In this document: positions 36,530-45,625 of the stretch, in pieces
Numbering within the stretch: position 1 is the first letter of the stretch
How the letters are laid out: each line of letters starts with the position of its first letter
Virus record (IMG/VR): IMGVR_UViG_3300029305_011788
Location: 1-64,000 of that record
Reading direction: 5' to 3' (one strand)
From: a virus
Lineage: Duplodnaviria; Caudoviricetes
Length of the DNA: 64,000 bases
Made by a program: the position numbers and the translations under genes
The notes under the pieces: generated by a model
The model's database searches: none
Told to the model about the DNA's origin: nothing
Seen by the model: the letters and a program-made list of their open reading frames with translations, nothing else

Positions 36530-37165
36530 TCAGACGTACTCGATGCGCCTGTCAGATTTTTGAAGCACGATAAAATACGCATGATACTTGCGGCTGTGCT
36601 TCTGATTCCGCTTTTGCCAGTCAGCTACCAGTCGGCTTTTCGCAAGCAGTACAAACAGGTCTTTCGGATAAAAGCCGATCTTCACCGCCTCGTTGATGAT
36701 ATACACATGGCTCAGATGCTGCCTGCCGCTGCTGACCTTGTCCTGACACTTGAAGATCAGGATGCCGTCCGGTTTCAGAACTCTGTATGCCTCGGAAAGC
36801 ATATCCGAATAGCATCGGTGCAGGCTCTTTTCATCGGGATATACACCGAAACGCCTGTTGATAATGTTGCCATCAGTTCCGTTCAGCGATTTCCCTTTGG
36901 TCGCCAGAAACGGCGGATCGAGCATCATGCACGAAATACTACTGTCCGCAAGCGGAAGATGCCTTGCATCCGCCTGTACCACATCGCTCCGCTGCGGAGA
37001 TATGTCAAATCGGTACTGTGGCAGAGCGATGTCCGTTCCGTTGTAGAAAGTCCCTGTGCTGAAGGTCGGATCGCAATCGATCTTTCCCTCCGGCACATGG
37101 AGCTTTAGAATGTTACGGATGATCTCGCCCTGATCGTAGCCGATGCTTTTTACAAGGTCAGGCAT
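36530..37165 (-). CDS. Amino (N6-A/N4-C) DNA methyltransferase
   Basis: DPTFSTG SAM-loop-like motif and LDPPF catalytic motif. Confidence 0.75.
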   Translation of the reverse strand: MPDLVKSIGYDQGEIIRNILKLHVPEGKIDCDPTFSTGTFYNGTDIALPQYRFDISPQRSDVVQADARHLPLADSSISCMMLDPPFLATKGKSLNGTDGNIINRRFGVYPDEKSLHRCYSDMLSEAYRVLKPDGILIFKCQDKVSSGRQHLSHVYIINEAVKIGFYPKDLFVLLAKSRLVADWQKRNQKHSRKYHAYFIVLQKSDRRIEYV

Positions 37166-37364
37166 CGGTCGCATTCCTGCATATCACAAGGAAATCCTCT
37201 CTGATCTGTTCTCTGTAGGCTGCCGCCACCGCAGGAATCTCATGCGTATACACTGGTCTGCCGATAAAGCCGGAAAGGTAATCGTACAGATATTTCAGAT
37301 CATCGCCTTTCAGCATCGAAATCTCTGTGTACGCGGTCACGACCGCACATTCATGCTTTGTCAT
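37158..37364 (-). CDS. Hypothetical 68 aa
   Basis: Translationally coupled between the methyltransferases. Confidence 0.65.
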   Translation of the reverse strand: MTKHECAVVTAYTEISMLKGDDLKYLYDYLSGFIGRPVYTHEIPAVAAAYREQIREDFLVICRNATDA

Positions 37365-38130
37365 CCAGCGCCTCCCCAAGCATCTGCTTACAGGCTTTCG
37401 TGTAAAAATCCCTGCTGACTTCAAAGCCGTAGCTGTGTCTGCCAAGTTCCCTCGCAGCGCGGAGCGTTGAGCCGGAACCGGCGCAGGGATCGATGACCAC
37501 ATCACCCTCATCGGTGAAAATACCGATCAGCCGCTTCAGCAGATTCACCGGCTTTTGGCTCGGATGTATCTTCGGGATATCCTTGCCGTCACGCACCCAA
37601 TCGAAGTGGTCGAAGATCATGTGCCGTCTGCCGTTCGCATCGGTATTGCGGAACTTCGGAAGCTTGCCGCGATACAGTACAAGAGCATATTCGGTAGCAC
37701 CCACGATCCTCATGTTTGCCTTCAGCACCTGCGGACTGTAATTCTTCATGAAGCACAAAAACTGATACTTCTTGAAGCCGTATTTCTCCGCCTGCCGGAT
37801 GACCTCCGGTATCTGCTGAAAGGCACAGAACACGATCATACACGGAGCGTCCTTTTCACCTTTGGACGGCTCTTTTTTGAGCAGCCGGTTACAGAAAGCA
37901 AAGTATTCCGCAATGTTGAAGGTGTAGTCCGTGTGGAATGCCGCCTTGTGTGCTTTGCTGCTTTCGCCGTTCTGATTGTCACCGTCTACATACCAGTCGG
38001 GACGGCTGGCATAAAAATCGCCGCCGATGTTATACGGGATGTCTGCGATGACAAGCTGCGCCTTCGGGATGTTGTAGCCTTTGAAGTTTTGGAAATTATC
38101 ATGCAGTAAAACGCATTTCACATCAGCCAT
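37351..38130 (-). CDS. Beta-class amino DNA methyltransferase
   Basis: IADIPY, HPSQKP, VIDPCAGSGST motifs. Confidence 0.85.
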   Translation of the reverse strand: MADVKCVLLHDNFQNFKGYNIPKAQLVIADIPYNIGGDFYASRPDWYVDGDNQNGESSKAHKAAFHTDYTFNIAEYFAFCNRLLKKEPSKGEKDAPCMIVFCAFQQIPEVIRQAEKYGFKKYQFLCFMKNYSPQVLKANMRIVGATEYALVLYRGKLPKFRNTDANGRRHMIFDHFDWVRDGKDIPKIHPSQKPVNLLKRLIGIFTDEGDVVIDPCAGSGSTLRAARELGRHSYGFEVSRDFYTKACKQMLGEALDDKA

Positions 38131-38926
38131 CGACACCCTCCAGTCTCTTTTTCAGTGCCTTGCGGAATTCCTTTGTGCCGAGCTGATTGCCGTCCGTCTG
38201 CCATTCCAGCTCAAAATCAAAACGCGCCTCCAGTTTCCGGACTGACCAGCCGGGCTTGAAGGTGCGCCATGTCGCATCGTCCCACTCTCTGAGTTGTTTC
38301 CAAAGGTCGGGGAAATCGTAGTAAAGAACACGCAGCTCGTTCAGCGGCTGCAGCGGGCAGCACCAACAGGATACCCGTCCGAATTTCTCATACAGACCGC
38401 CCCAGTCATAGCCGCGTTCCCTGCAGTATTGCAGGCAGTCAGCTTCGGTCATGCCCCACTCCACAAGCGGCAGCCGGACATTCGGTCGGCAGTTGCATTT
38501 GTGCGTAATGCGTTCCGTTTCATCGGCGGCGATGCCGATGTACTCGATCACCGTGTACTTCTTTCGCAGTTCGCTGAGGAATTTCTCGCGGGGTACTGTT
38601 TTCAGAAGATTGGTACACCACCGCATCAGCGGTCCCGCCCAACTGTATCCGGTCTTGCCGCGCATTTCCGGCTTTTTCCGTTTGATTGGCTTATGGAGCA
38701 TGAGATATTCAAAGGTATATTCGCTCTTGACAGTCGTAACCTTCATGCCGGTATCCTGCTCAACTTTGTGTACATGGTCATACAGTGCCGGGAATTCCAA
38801 ACCGGTATCGCAGAACAGTACCACATCGACCTGCATACCCATTTCGAGCATTTTCAGGAGCATTGCAGTGCTGTCTTTTCCACCGCTGAAGGAGACCATA
38901 TGGAGCAGAGGTTTCATCTCATCCAT
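38123..38926 (-). CDS. PAPS reductase-family (PP-loop) protein
   Basis: SFSGGKDS, FCDTGLEF, WCT..LK, GIAADE, RVSCWCCP motifs. Confidence 0.85.
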   Translation of the reverse strand: MDEMKPLLHMVSFSGGKDSTAMLLKMLEMGMQVDVVLFCDTGLEFPALYDHVHKVEQDTGMKVTTVKSEYTFEYLMLHKPIKRKKPEMRGKTGYSWAGPLMRWCTNLLKTVPREKFLSELRKKYTVIEYIGIAADETERITHKCNCRPNVRLPLVEWGMTEADCLQYCRERGYDWGGLYEKFGRVSCWCCPLQPLNELRVLYYDFPDLWKQLREWDDATWRTFKPGWSVRKLEARFDFELEWQTDGNQLGTKEFRKALKKRLEGVDG

Positions 38927-40190
38927 TCGCGTCACCGTCCTGCGGCATCGCTGCGACCGCTTCATCGAAGGAGAGCTTCTGACCGCCACGGATAACATAT
39001 GCGACCTCGGCAGTCTGCTTTTCGTGACACCATGCGAGATACCGCTTGACGATGACATCCACAAATTTCGGATCAAGCTCAATGCCACGGCAGACACGGT
39101 CTGTCTCGCAGCAAGCGATCAGCGTGGAGCCGCTGCCGAGGAACGGATCGAGGACGATGCCGTTTGTCATGGTGCTGTTTTTGATCGGGTATGCCATCAG
39201 CGGGATCGGTTTTGTGGTCGGATGGTCGGGACTGCTCTTGGGCTTGTCGTATTCCCATACAGTCGTCTGCTTGCGGTCGGCGTACCACTGATGCTTGCCC
39301 TTCTGTTTCCAGCCGAACAGACACGGCTCGTGAATCCACTGGTACGGACTCCTGCCCAGCACCAGAGAATTCTTCTTCCAGATACAGCAGCCGGAAAGCT
39401 GGAATCCCGCCTCCTTGAATGCTCTGCGGAAGTTCAGCCCTTCGGTGTCGGCGTGCCATACATAGATGCTGCCGTCATCGGCAAGGTTGTCATACATACA
39501 CTTATAAGCGGCAAGCAGGAAGTTATAGAAATCGCTGTCACTCATGTTATCGTTCATAATCTTGCCGGCGGTCTCCTCAACGTCCACATTATAAGGGGGA
39601 TCGGTCAGGACGAGGTTTGCCTTCTGATCGTCCATCAGCTTTGTGTATGTCTCTGCGACTGTACTGTCGCCGCAGATGACTTTGTGCCTGCCGAGAATCC
39701 AGATGTCTCCCGGCTGTGAGAAGGTCGGCTTTTGCAGTTCTTCCTCCACATCGAAGCTGTCCTCTTTGACCTGCTTGTCGTGTACTTGATTGAAAAGCTG
39801 CTCGATCTCCGGCGGATCAAAGCCGGTCTTGCCGAGGTCGAAATCGCTGTTCTGGATATCTTCGAGCAGTTCTGCCAGAAGGCTCTCGTCCCATGCGCCG
39901 GTAATTTTGTTGAGCGCAATGTTCAGAGCCTTTTCACGCACCTTGTCGATGTCCACCACGGCGCAGGGTACCTCGGTGTATCCGAGCGCCATCGCTACGG
40001 TCAGTCTTTGGTGTCCGCCGATGATCGTCATATCGGCATTGACAACAAGCGGATCGGCAAAGCCGAATTCGTCGATGCTGTTTTTAATTTTCTCGTATTC
40101 CTTATCGCCGGGCTTCAGATTTTTACGGGGGTTATATTCCGCAGGCTTCAGTTCCGAGACAGGGATCATACGAAGTTCTGCTGTTTTCAT
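38919..40190 (-). CDS. ParB-N-domain-fused amino DNA methyltransferase
   Basis: YNPRK..IDEFGFADPL..IIGGHQR (ParB-N); TDPPYN, HPTTKP, LDPFLGSGST. Confidence 0.9.
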   Translation of the reverse strand: MKTAELRMIPVSELKPAEYNPRKNLKPGDKEYEKIKNSIDEFGFADPLVVNADMTIIGGHQRLTVAMALGYTEVPCAVVDIDKVREKALNIALNKITGAWDESLLAELLEDIQNSDFDLGKTGFDPPEIEQLFNQVHDKQVKEDSFDVEEELQKPTFSQPGDIWILGRHKVICGDSTVAETYTKLMDDQKANLVLTDPPYNVDVEETAGKIMNDNMSDSDFYNFLLAAYKCMYDNLADDGSIYVWHADTEGLNFRRAFKEAGFQLSGCCIWKKNSLVLGRSPYQWIHEPCLFGWKQKGKHQWYADRKQTTVWEYDKPKSSPDHPTTKPIPLMAYPIKNSTMTNGIVLDPFLGSGSTLIACCETDRVCRGIELDPKFVDVIVKRYLAWCHEKQTAEVAYVIRGGQKLSFDEAVAAMPQDGDANG

Positions 40191-40191
40191 C

Positions 40192-40527
40192 TCATCCCTC
40201 CACATAGTACAATTGCCGCAGCTTTGCGGCTCGCTTTAAGTTCTGCTCCTTCAGTGCAGCCATCTCACGGAGCGCCTGTTCACTCAGGGGCTTGATCTTG
40301 TGCTTTTCCGCAAGCGTTCTGTATCTGCGGATATCTTTGCGGAGGTCTGCATCTGTCACGGATATGAGATACGCCTTGCCGCAGTAGTCGCAGCGGAAGA
40401 AGCTGTATTCAATCTCACCCTCACGCTGTGTCAGCGTTTCAGGGACAAAAGCACATCCGCACTTATCACACCGCACTGCATTTTTCAGCACGATGCGAGG
40501 TTTGTTCTTCTTTGTTTTCCGGCTCAT
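40192..40527 (-). CDS. Hypothetical Zn-ribbon protein
   Basis: CDKC and CDYC. Confidence 0.7.
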   Translation of the reverse strand: MSRKTKKNKPRIVLKNAVRCDKCGCAFVPETLTQREGEIEYSFFRCDYCGKAYLISVTDADLRKDIRRYRTLAEKHKIKPLSEQALREMAALKEQNLKRAAKLRQLYYVEG

Positions 40528-40577
40528 ACGGCTCCTTTCCCGGTCATGATCTGCACAAGGAATGTGCGTTATCTGCG

Positions 40578-40690
40578 CCCGATGTTCTGTACATTTAGCC
40601 GCTTGCTATTACCCCGATAACGTGGTAATATGGGTACAACGGAACGAGGGGAAACCCCACCGAATACAGAACGCGGAGGACACAGCTATG
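40578..40690 (+). promoter_or_regulatory. Twelfth, inverted copy of the array promoter-leader
   Basis: TCTGTACATTTAGCCGC-TTGCTA-17-TAATAT-GGGTACAACGGAA...GGAGG. Confidence 0.85.
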
Positions 40691-40876
40691 AAGTACGAGG
40701 TTACCATCAACAACTACCAGAAGGGCGCGCAGCTCAAGACCGCCATGCCGGATCATGTGCTCCTGCTCGAAAAGATCGACCGGAATCACCATCGGGTGGT
40801 CTACGAGCTGGAGAACGAACGCCAGCGGCAGTTCATCGAGAAGGTGTATGCCCGGAAGCTCCGCCCCCTCGACTGA
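40688..40876 (+). CDS. 62-aa hypothetical (MKYEVTINNY...) driven by the array-type promoter
   Basis: GGAGG RBS; opposite strand to its neighbours. Confidence 0.75.
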   Translation: MKYEVTINNYQKGAQLKTAMPDHVLLLEKIDRNHHRVVYELENERQRQFIEKVYARKLRPLD

Positions 40877-41354
40877 GGGCGGGTTGCCCGACCGCCTCGC
40901 CGCCGCGCAAGCGGAGGATGCGCTGATTCCGGCTGCCCCGGAAGGCAAGCGAGATGTCCTTCTGTTCCAGCAGGAACGGACCGTCTACAAGCACATCGAC
41001 ATAGCGGAGGATTTCCTCACCCCGAAGCATCTCGTAGGTGTATCCGGAGAACAACCAGATATCCTTCTCCGGCATCTCCCACCAGATCTTCTTCAGCAGC
41101 GGCAGCAGCACACACTCGTTCTCCTCCTCGCAGGGTTCGCCGCCGAGTATGGAAATGCCCTGAATCCAAGAAGGACGCAGGGCATTGATGATCTCTTTTT
41201 CGGTTTCGGAAGTGAACGGCTGACCGTAGTTGAAGTCCCATGTCTCCGGGTTATGACAACCCTTGCAGTGATTCCGGCATCCGCTGACGAACAGCGACAC
41301 ACGCACACCCTCGCCGTTGGCAATGTCATTCTTATTCAGACCGCAGTAGTTCAC
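40833..41354 (-). CDS. nrdG: Anaerobic RNR-activating radical SAM enzyme
   Basis: ANGEGVRVSLFVSGCRNHCKGC, LGGEP, DVLVDG, FRGSRNQR; GTG start overlaps the nrdD stop. Confidence 0.92.
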   Translation of the reverse strand: MNYCGLNKNDIANGEGVRVSLFVSGCRNHCKGCHNPETWDFNYGQPFTSETEKEIINALRPSWIQGISILGGEPCEEENECVLLPLLKKIWWEMPEKDIWLFSGYTYEMLRGEEILRYVDVLVDGPFLLEQKDISLAFRGSRNQRILRLRGGEAVGQPALSRGGGASGHTPSR

Positions 41355-43492
41355 AGGTGCATCACCCGATCCTTGATCTCTGCCGTCCTGCCTTGATTCC
41401 AGAATTGCGTGCCGAGGTAGCCGCAGGTACGGCGGCAGACATTCAGCGTCCGCTGATCGCGGTTGCCGCAGTTCGGACATTCCCAGATCAGCTTGCCGTC
41501 TACTTCCACGATCCCGATCTCGCCGTCATAGCCGCAAGCCTGACAATAGTCGGATTTGGTATTCAGTTCGGCGTACAGGATCGTTTCATAAATGTGCCGC
41601 ATCAGCGCAAGCACCGCAGGAATGTTGTTTTGAAGGTTCGGCACTTCCACATACGAAATCGCGCCGCCGGGAGAAAGCTCCTGAAATTCGGACTCAAAGG
41701 TCAGCTTGCTGAAGGCATCAATCGGCTCGGTCACATGGACATGATAAGAATTAGTGATATAGCTTTTATCCGTCACATGGGGAATGATGCCGTGTCTGCG
41801 CTGAAGGCACTGTGCAAATTTGTAGGTGACGGATTCCATCGGTGTACCGTACAGCGAAAAGCTGATGTTTGTTTCGGAGCGCCACTTGCTGCACTTGTCA
41901 TTTAGGAATCGCATCACCGAAATGGCGAAGGCTTTTCCCGCCGGTTCTGTATGCGAACAGCCTGTCATGCGGTAGGTCATTTCTGCGATACCGGCATAGC
42001 CGAGCGAGATCGTGCTGTAATTGTTATACAGCAGGTCATCAATGACCTCGCCGTTCTTCAGTCTTGCCAGTGCGCCGTACTGCCAGAGGATCGGCGCAAC
42101 ATCGGACGGAGTTCCTTTCAATCGCTCATGCCTGCACATTAGCGCCTTGCGGCACAGTTCGCAGCGTTCATCAAGAAGCTGCCAGAACTTGTCAGTATCG
42201 CCGTCAGCGGAACACGCTACATCCACAAGATTGATGGTAACGACACCCTGATTGAAGCGACCGTAATACTTGTGGTCAGCGGAAGGTGTCAGGAAAGATC
42301 GGCAGCCCATGCAGGCATACACATCGCCTTTGAGCTGTTTCATGATCTTGGCAGAGATATAATCGGGAACCATGCGCTTTGCCGTACACTTGGCGGCAAG
42401 TTCGGTGAGGTAGTAATACTTGGAGCCGGGCTGAATATTGTCCTCATCGAGAACATAGATCAGCTTCGGGAATGCCGGTGTGATCCACACGCCCTTCTCG
42501 TTTTTTACGCCCTCGATACGCTGCAACAGCGTTTCCTCGATGATAAGCGCAAGGTCATCTCTGGTCTGTCCCTCCGGTACCTCGTCCAGATACATGAACA
42601 CTGTCACAAACGGAGTCTGTCCGTTGGTGGTAAGCAGTGTATTGATCTGGTACTGGATGGTCTGTACGCCTCGCTTGACTTCCCGGCGCACACGCTTTTC
42701 AACGATATGGTCGAGTTCTTCCTCGGACAGCTTTGCACCGCAGTCGCAGTTCACATCCTCGAACACCTCGGCTCGTATCTTCTGGCGGCTGACATCCACA
42801 AAAGGTGCGAGGTGCGCCAACGACACTGTCTGTCCGCCGTACTGGTTCGATGCCACCTGTGCAATGATCTGCGTTGCGATGTTGCAGGCAGTCGAAAAGC
42901 TGTGCGGCTTCTCGATCATTGTACCGGATACCACAGTACCGTTCTGAAGCATATCTGCCAGATTCACCAGACAGCAATTGTGCATCGGCTCTGCGATGTA
43001 GTCGAGGTCATGCACATGAATGATGCCGTCATCATGGGCGGCGATCACATCCTCCGGAAACAGAAAGCGGCGGCAGATGTCTCTGCTGACTTCACCCGCC
43101 ATATAGTCGCGGAGTGTGCTGTTGATGATTGGATTCTTGTTGGAATTCTCCTGCTTGGCTTCCTCGTTGTTGCGCTCCAGCAAACTGAGGATTTTGCCGT
43201 CCGTCGTATTTATCCGACGCTGCTGCTCATGACGCAGACGGTACTCGCTGTAGTGGCGTGCAAGTTTGTACGCTTCGGCCTTGTCCAGTTCATCGAGGAC
43301 CATGTCCTGGACTTCTTCGACATGGACAGGTCTTGCAAGCGCCTCACACCGCTGCTCGACTCTGCCGACAATGAAGCCGATAGCCGTATCAGATATCTTC
43401 TCCGACACCTCATCATTTGCCGCTGATATTGCGGCTCTTATCTTTTCGCAGTTATACGGCACTTCCGCACCGTTGCGTTTTATAATTCTCAT
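41351..43492 (-). CDS. nrdD: Class III (anaerobic) ribonucleotide reductase with ATP cone
   Basis: IKRNG ATP cone, HNCCL, YACMGCR, TNSYH, CxxC...CPNC, RRTCGYLG glycyl-radical motif. Confidence 0.95.
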   Translation of the reverse strand: MRIIKRNGAEVPYNCEKIRAAISAANDEVSEKISDTAIGFIVGRVEQRCEALARPVHVEEVQDMVLDELDKAEAYKLARHYSEYRLRHEQQRRINTTDGKILSLLERNNEEAKQENSNKNPIINSTLRDYMAGEVSRDICRRFLFPEDVIAAHDDGIIHVHDLDYIAEPMHNCCLVNLADMLQNGTVVSGTMIEKPHSFSTACNIATQIIAQVASNQYGGQTVSLAHLAPFVDVSRQKIRAEVFEDVNCDCGAKLSEEELDHIVEKRVRREVKRGVQTIQYQINTLLTTNGQTPFVTVFMYLDEVPEGQTRDDLALIIEETLLQRIEGVKNEKGVWITPAFPKLIYVLDEDNIQPGSKYYYLTELAAKCTAKRMVPDYISAKIMKQLKGDVYACMGCRSFLTPSADHKYYGRFNQGVVTINLVDVACSADGDTDKFWQLLDERCELCRKALMCRHERLKGTPSDVAPILWQYGALARLKNGEVIDDLLYNNYSTISLGYAGIAEMTYRMTGCSHTEPAGKAFAISVMRFLNDKCSKWRSETNISFSLYGTPMESVTYKFAQCLQRRHGIIPHVTDKSYITNSYHVHVTEPIDAFSKLTFESEFQELSPGGAISYVEVPNLQNNIPAVLALMRHIYETILYAELNTKSDYCQACGYDGEIGIVEVDGKLIWECPNCGNRDQRTLNVCRRTCGYLGTQFWNQGRTAEIKDRVMHL

Positions 43493-43974
43493 GCTGTATC
43501 CATCAGCTCCTTTTCGGACTCTGCCAGAAGTGTGGCACAGTCTTTTTCGTGATATCTCCGGCACTGCCGGTTCAGTATTTCATACACACATTCCTTTTCG
43601 GATTCCGTCAGGTCAATTGTATACATATCCTCATTGTCATCCGAATCCGAATTAACGACCACAAAGCTGATGCTGCTGTCAAGCTGGCACCGCTGATGGT
43701 CGCCGGGAAGTTTTGATATCCCGACATAGAAATCATACCAGCCGTCATTGTCAACATCGTCTGTTCTGCTGTCTCGCGGATGCATCGGGAGGTAGCCTTT
43801 CTCCATACGGATTCTGTCAGCGACCTCAACAAGTGCATCCGTTGCCGCAAGCTGAAACTCGACAGTCGGAAAGCGGCAGGGATAGGTGTCATAGATCTGG
43901 TCGCTGCCGTACATGACCTCCGCACCGCTGTCAAGCTGAATGGCATCAGTGATGAACTTTTCAGTCAGCGTCAT
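43489..43974 (-). CDS. Hypothetical 161 aa
   Basis: Coupled (ATGA) on both sides. Confidence 0.65.
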   Translation of the reverse strand: MTLTEKFITDAIQLDSGAEVMYGSDQIYDTYPCRFPTVEFQLAATDALVEVADRIRMEKGYLPMHPRDSRTDDVDNDGWYDFYVGISKLPGDHQRCQLDSSISFVVVNSDSDDNEDMYTIDLTESEKECVYEILNRQCRRYHEKDCATLLAESEKELMDTA

Positions 43975-44225
43975 GACTTGCCCTCCTGCTTTCCGAGGTA
44001 CTCAATGTAGCGGTTGATATACCAGATCGCTTTGCGGAGGTCTTCGGAGGTCTTGCTCTTATCTTTCCGCCCTGCGCGGCAGATGTATTTTATCGCGTTC
44101 GCCAGATGGAACGGGAAGTTCCACGATTCCAGAAAGTCGATGACCTCGATGCCGCCAGCAGTGTAATGTGACGGATGATTCACGGGATCGTTCTGCACCA
44201 CAGACTGATTATTGTTTTCTGTCAT
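43971..44225 (-). CDS. DUF3310-like protein
   Basis: DPVNHPSHYT.GGIEVID...NAIKYI.RAG.K...EDL.KA.WY. Confidence 0.8.
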   Translation of the reverse strand: MTENNNQSVVQNDPVNHPSHYTAGGIEVIDFLESWNFPFHLANAIKYICRAGRKDKSKTSEDLRKAIWYINRYIEYLGKQEGKS

Positions 44226-44397
44226 GACGTTTTCTCCTCTCTTCCTGAATCGGACACCAGCCATCGTAGAAACAATGCTTGCAGTCCGTGTAGTGGCATT
44301 TGCCGTCATGATTCAGAATGCTGTGAATCCAGACCGCCTGAAAAACGATCATAAACAACATCAGAATCCAGTTCAGAATCGCTAAGACCATGTTCAT
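44209..44397 (-). CDS. Small membrane-anchored Cys-rich protein
   Basis: N-terminal hydrophobic helix, then CxxxxCxxCxxxxxC. Confidence 0.55.
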   Translation of the reverse strand: MNMVLAILNWILMLFMIVFQAVWIHSILNHDGKCHYTDCKHCFYDGWCPIQEERRKRHDRKQ

Positions 44398-44693
44398 ACC
44401 TCCGTATCTTTTCTCATAATGCAGTATCTCGTGCGGCAGCTACCAGAACAGAAACGTCTGCGTCTGCCGCGCCGCGGCTGTTTCAGCTTTATGCCGCAGA
44501 AGGCGCAGCGGTTATTCTCTCGGCACCAGACATCGTGGTTTAGCCTGACAAGACCAGCATCTCCGGCAAGCCCATGCGACTTGCAGTAGAGCTGTACCAA
44601 ATGCTCGTCCAGATTCAGTGTCTTGCCGATGACGTGATATCCGATGCCCTGCATCCGCATACTGAGGATCTGCTGCTTTTGTGTGTCGGTCAT
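44394..44693 (-). CDS. HTH + Zn-finger protein
   Basis: N-terminal HTH-like segment; CAFC...FCSGSCR. Confidence 0.65.
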   Translation of the reverse strand: MTDTQKQQILSMRMQGIGYHVIGKTLNLDEHLVQLYCKSHGLAGDAGLVRLNHDVWCRENNRCAFCGIKLKQPRRGRRRRFCSGSCRTRYCIMRKDTEV

Positions 44694-44974
44694 ATCCTCA
44701 CATCCTCAAAATGGCTTTACTACGCACCTTTTCGGTATCCACACGGGCTGCGCCCAGTGAAAAACGGCGGAAGCATAAAAACGCTGAAAATGATGTTTTT
44801 CGCTTGTTTTTTGCGTGAAAAATCGTCGTTTTTCACCGTTTTCATTAACGAAATAGCGCAGTGCCGCTTTGAAAGGAGAAGATGTAGTATGCCATCTGAA
44901 ATATCGCATAGAATCAAGATTTTCCGTTGCCGCCGTTTCCGTTGGCGGCTCTATTTTTTTCAACTGTCAGGGTC

Positions 44975-45110
44975 CCAGACGGGCGGGGGGCCTTCAATTT
45001 CGCGTTTTTTAACACGAGAGGGGCCGACGGTCTTGTGCTGCCCTCATTTTAGAGATTTCGACCCGCCCCGGGGCAGCCCCAGCCCCCAGCCCCCGCCCCA
45101 TAGGTACACC
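44975..45110 (-). other. Probable cos/packaging region
   Basis: Non-coding, G/C-run-rich tract directly downstream of HNH, the usual cos position in HK97/P27-type phages. The exact nick site was not determined. Confidence 0.5.
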
Positions 45111-45153
45111 CCTGAGCCAAGTCTGAATCGCAGAGTAGGTCGGTGAGCCGCAT

Positions 45154-45522
45154 TCAGTACTTGTACTCAGGGGTGTGATCTTCGTTTCGGGTCTTGATGC
45201 TGTGGTGACGGTGGCAAAGGCTCTGCCAGTTGCTTTGATCCCAGAAGAGAACGCTGTCTCCTCGGTGCGGCTTGATGTGATCCACATCAGTCGCCTTGAC
45301 GTAGCGTCCCTGCTTCAAGCACTCCACACACAGCGGATGGGTCTCAAGGTAACGCTTGCGGGCTTTGTTCCACGCTGTGCCGTAGCCTCGGCTGCCTGCG
45401 GAACGTGTATCCTCCGGATGAAGGGAACGATGCTTGTCACAGTACTTCGTACCATAAGGAACGAGCGCCGCACAGCCGGGATGCCGGCATGGAGTATTTG
45501 GTCTCTTAGGCATTGGCTTCAC
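45154..45522 (-). CDS. HNH endonuclease (terminase accessory type)
   Basis: HPLCVEC...DVDHIKPH...NWQSLCHRHHSIKT. Confidence 0.9.
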   Translation of the reverse strand: MKPMPKRPNTPCRHPGCAALVPYGTKYCDKHRSLHPEDTRSAGSRGYGTAWNKARKRYLETHPLCVECLKQGRYVKATDVDHIKPHRGDSVLFWDQSNWQSLCHRHHSIKTRNEDHTPEYKY

Positions 45523-45625
45523 CTCCGCTTGCCAGCTCTTGTAAAAGAGCCTCTACTATATACCGTTTCAGGGGGGCAAAATGGCGGGGTGGTTTGGAAA
45601 TTTTTTTCAAAAACCTCAAAATTTT

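Noticed and set aside
44706-44963. 85-aa ORF next to the cos region
   Set aside because: Possible RBS, but it lies in repeat-rich, probably cis-acting DNA and has no motif; left uncalled.
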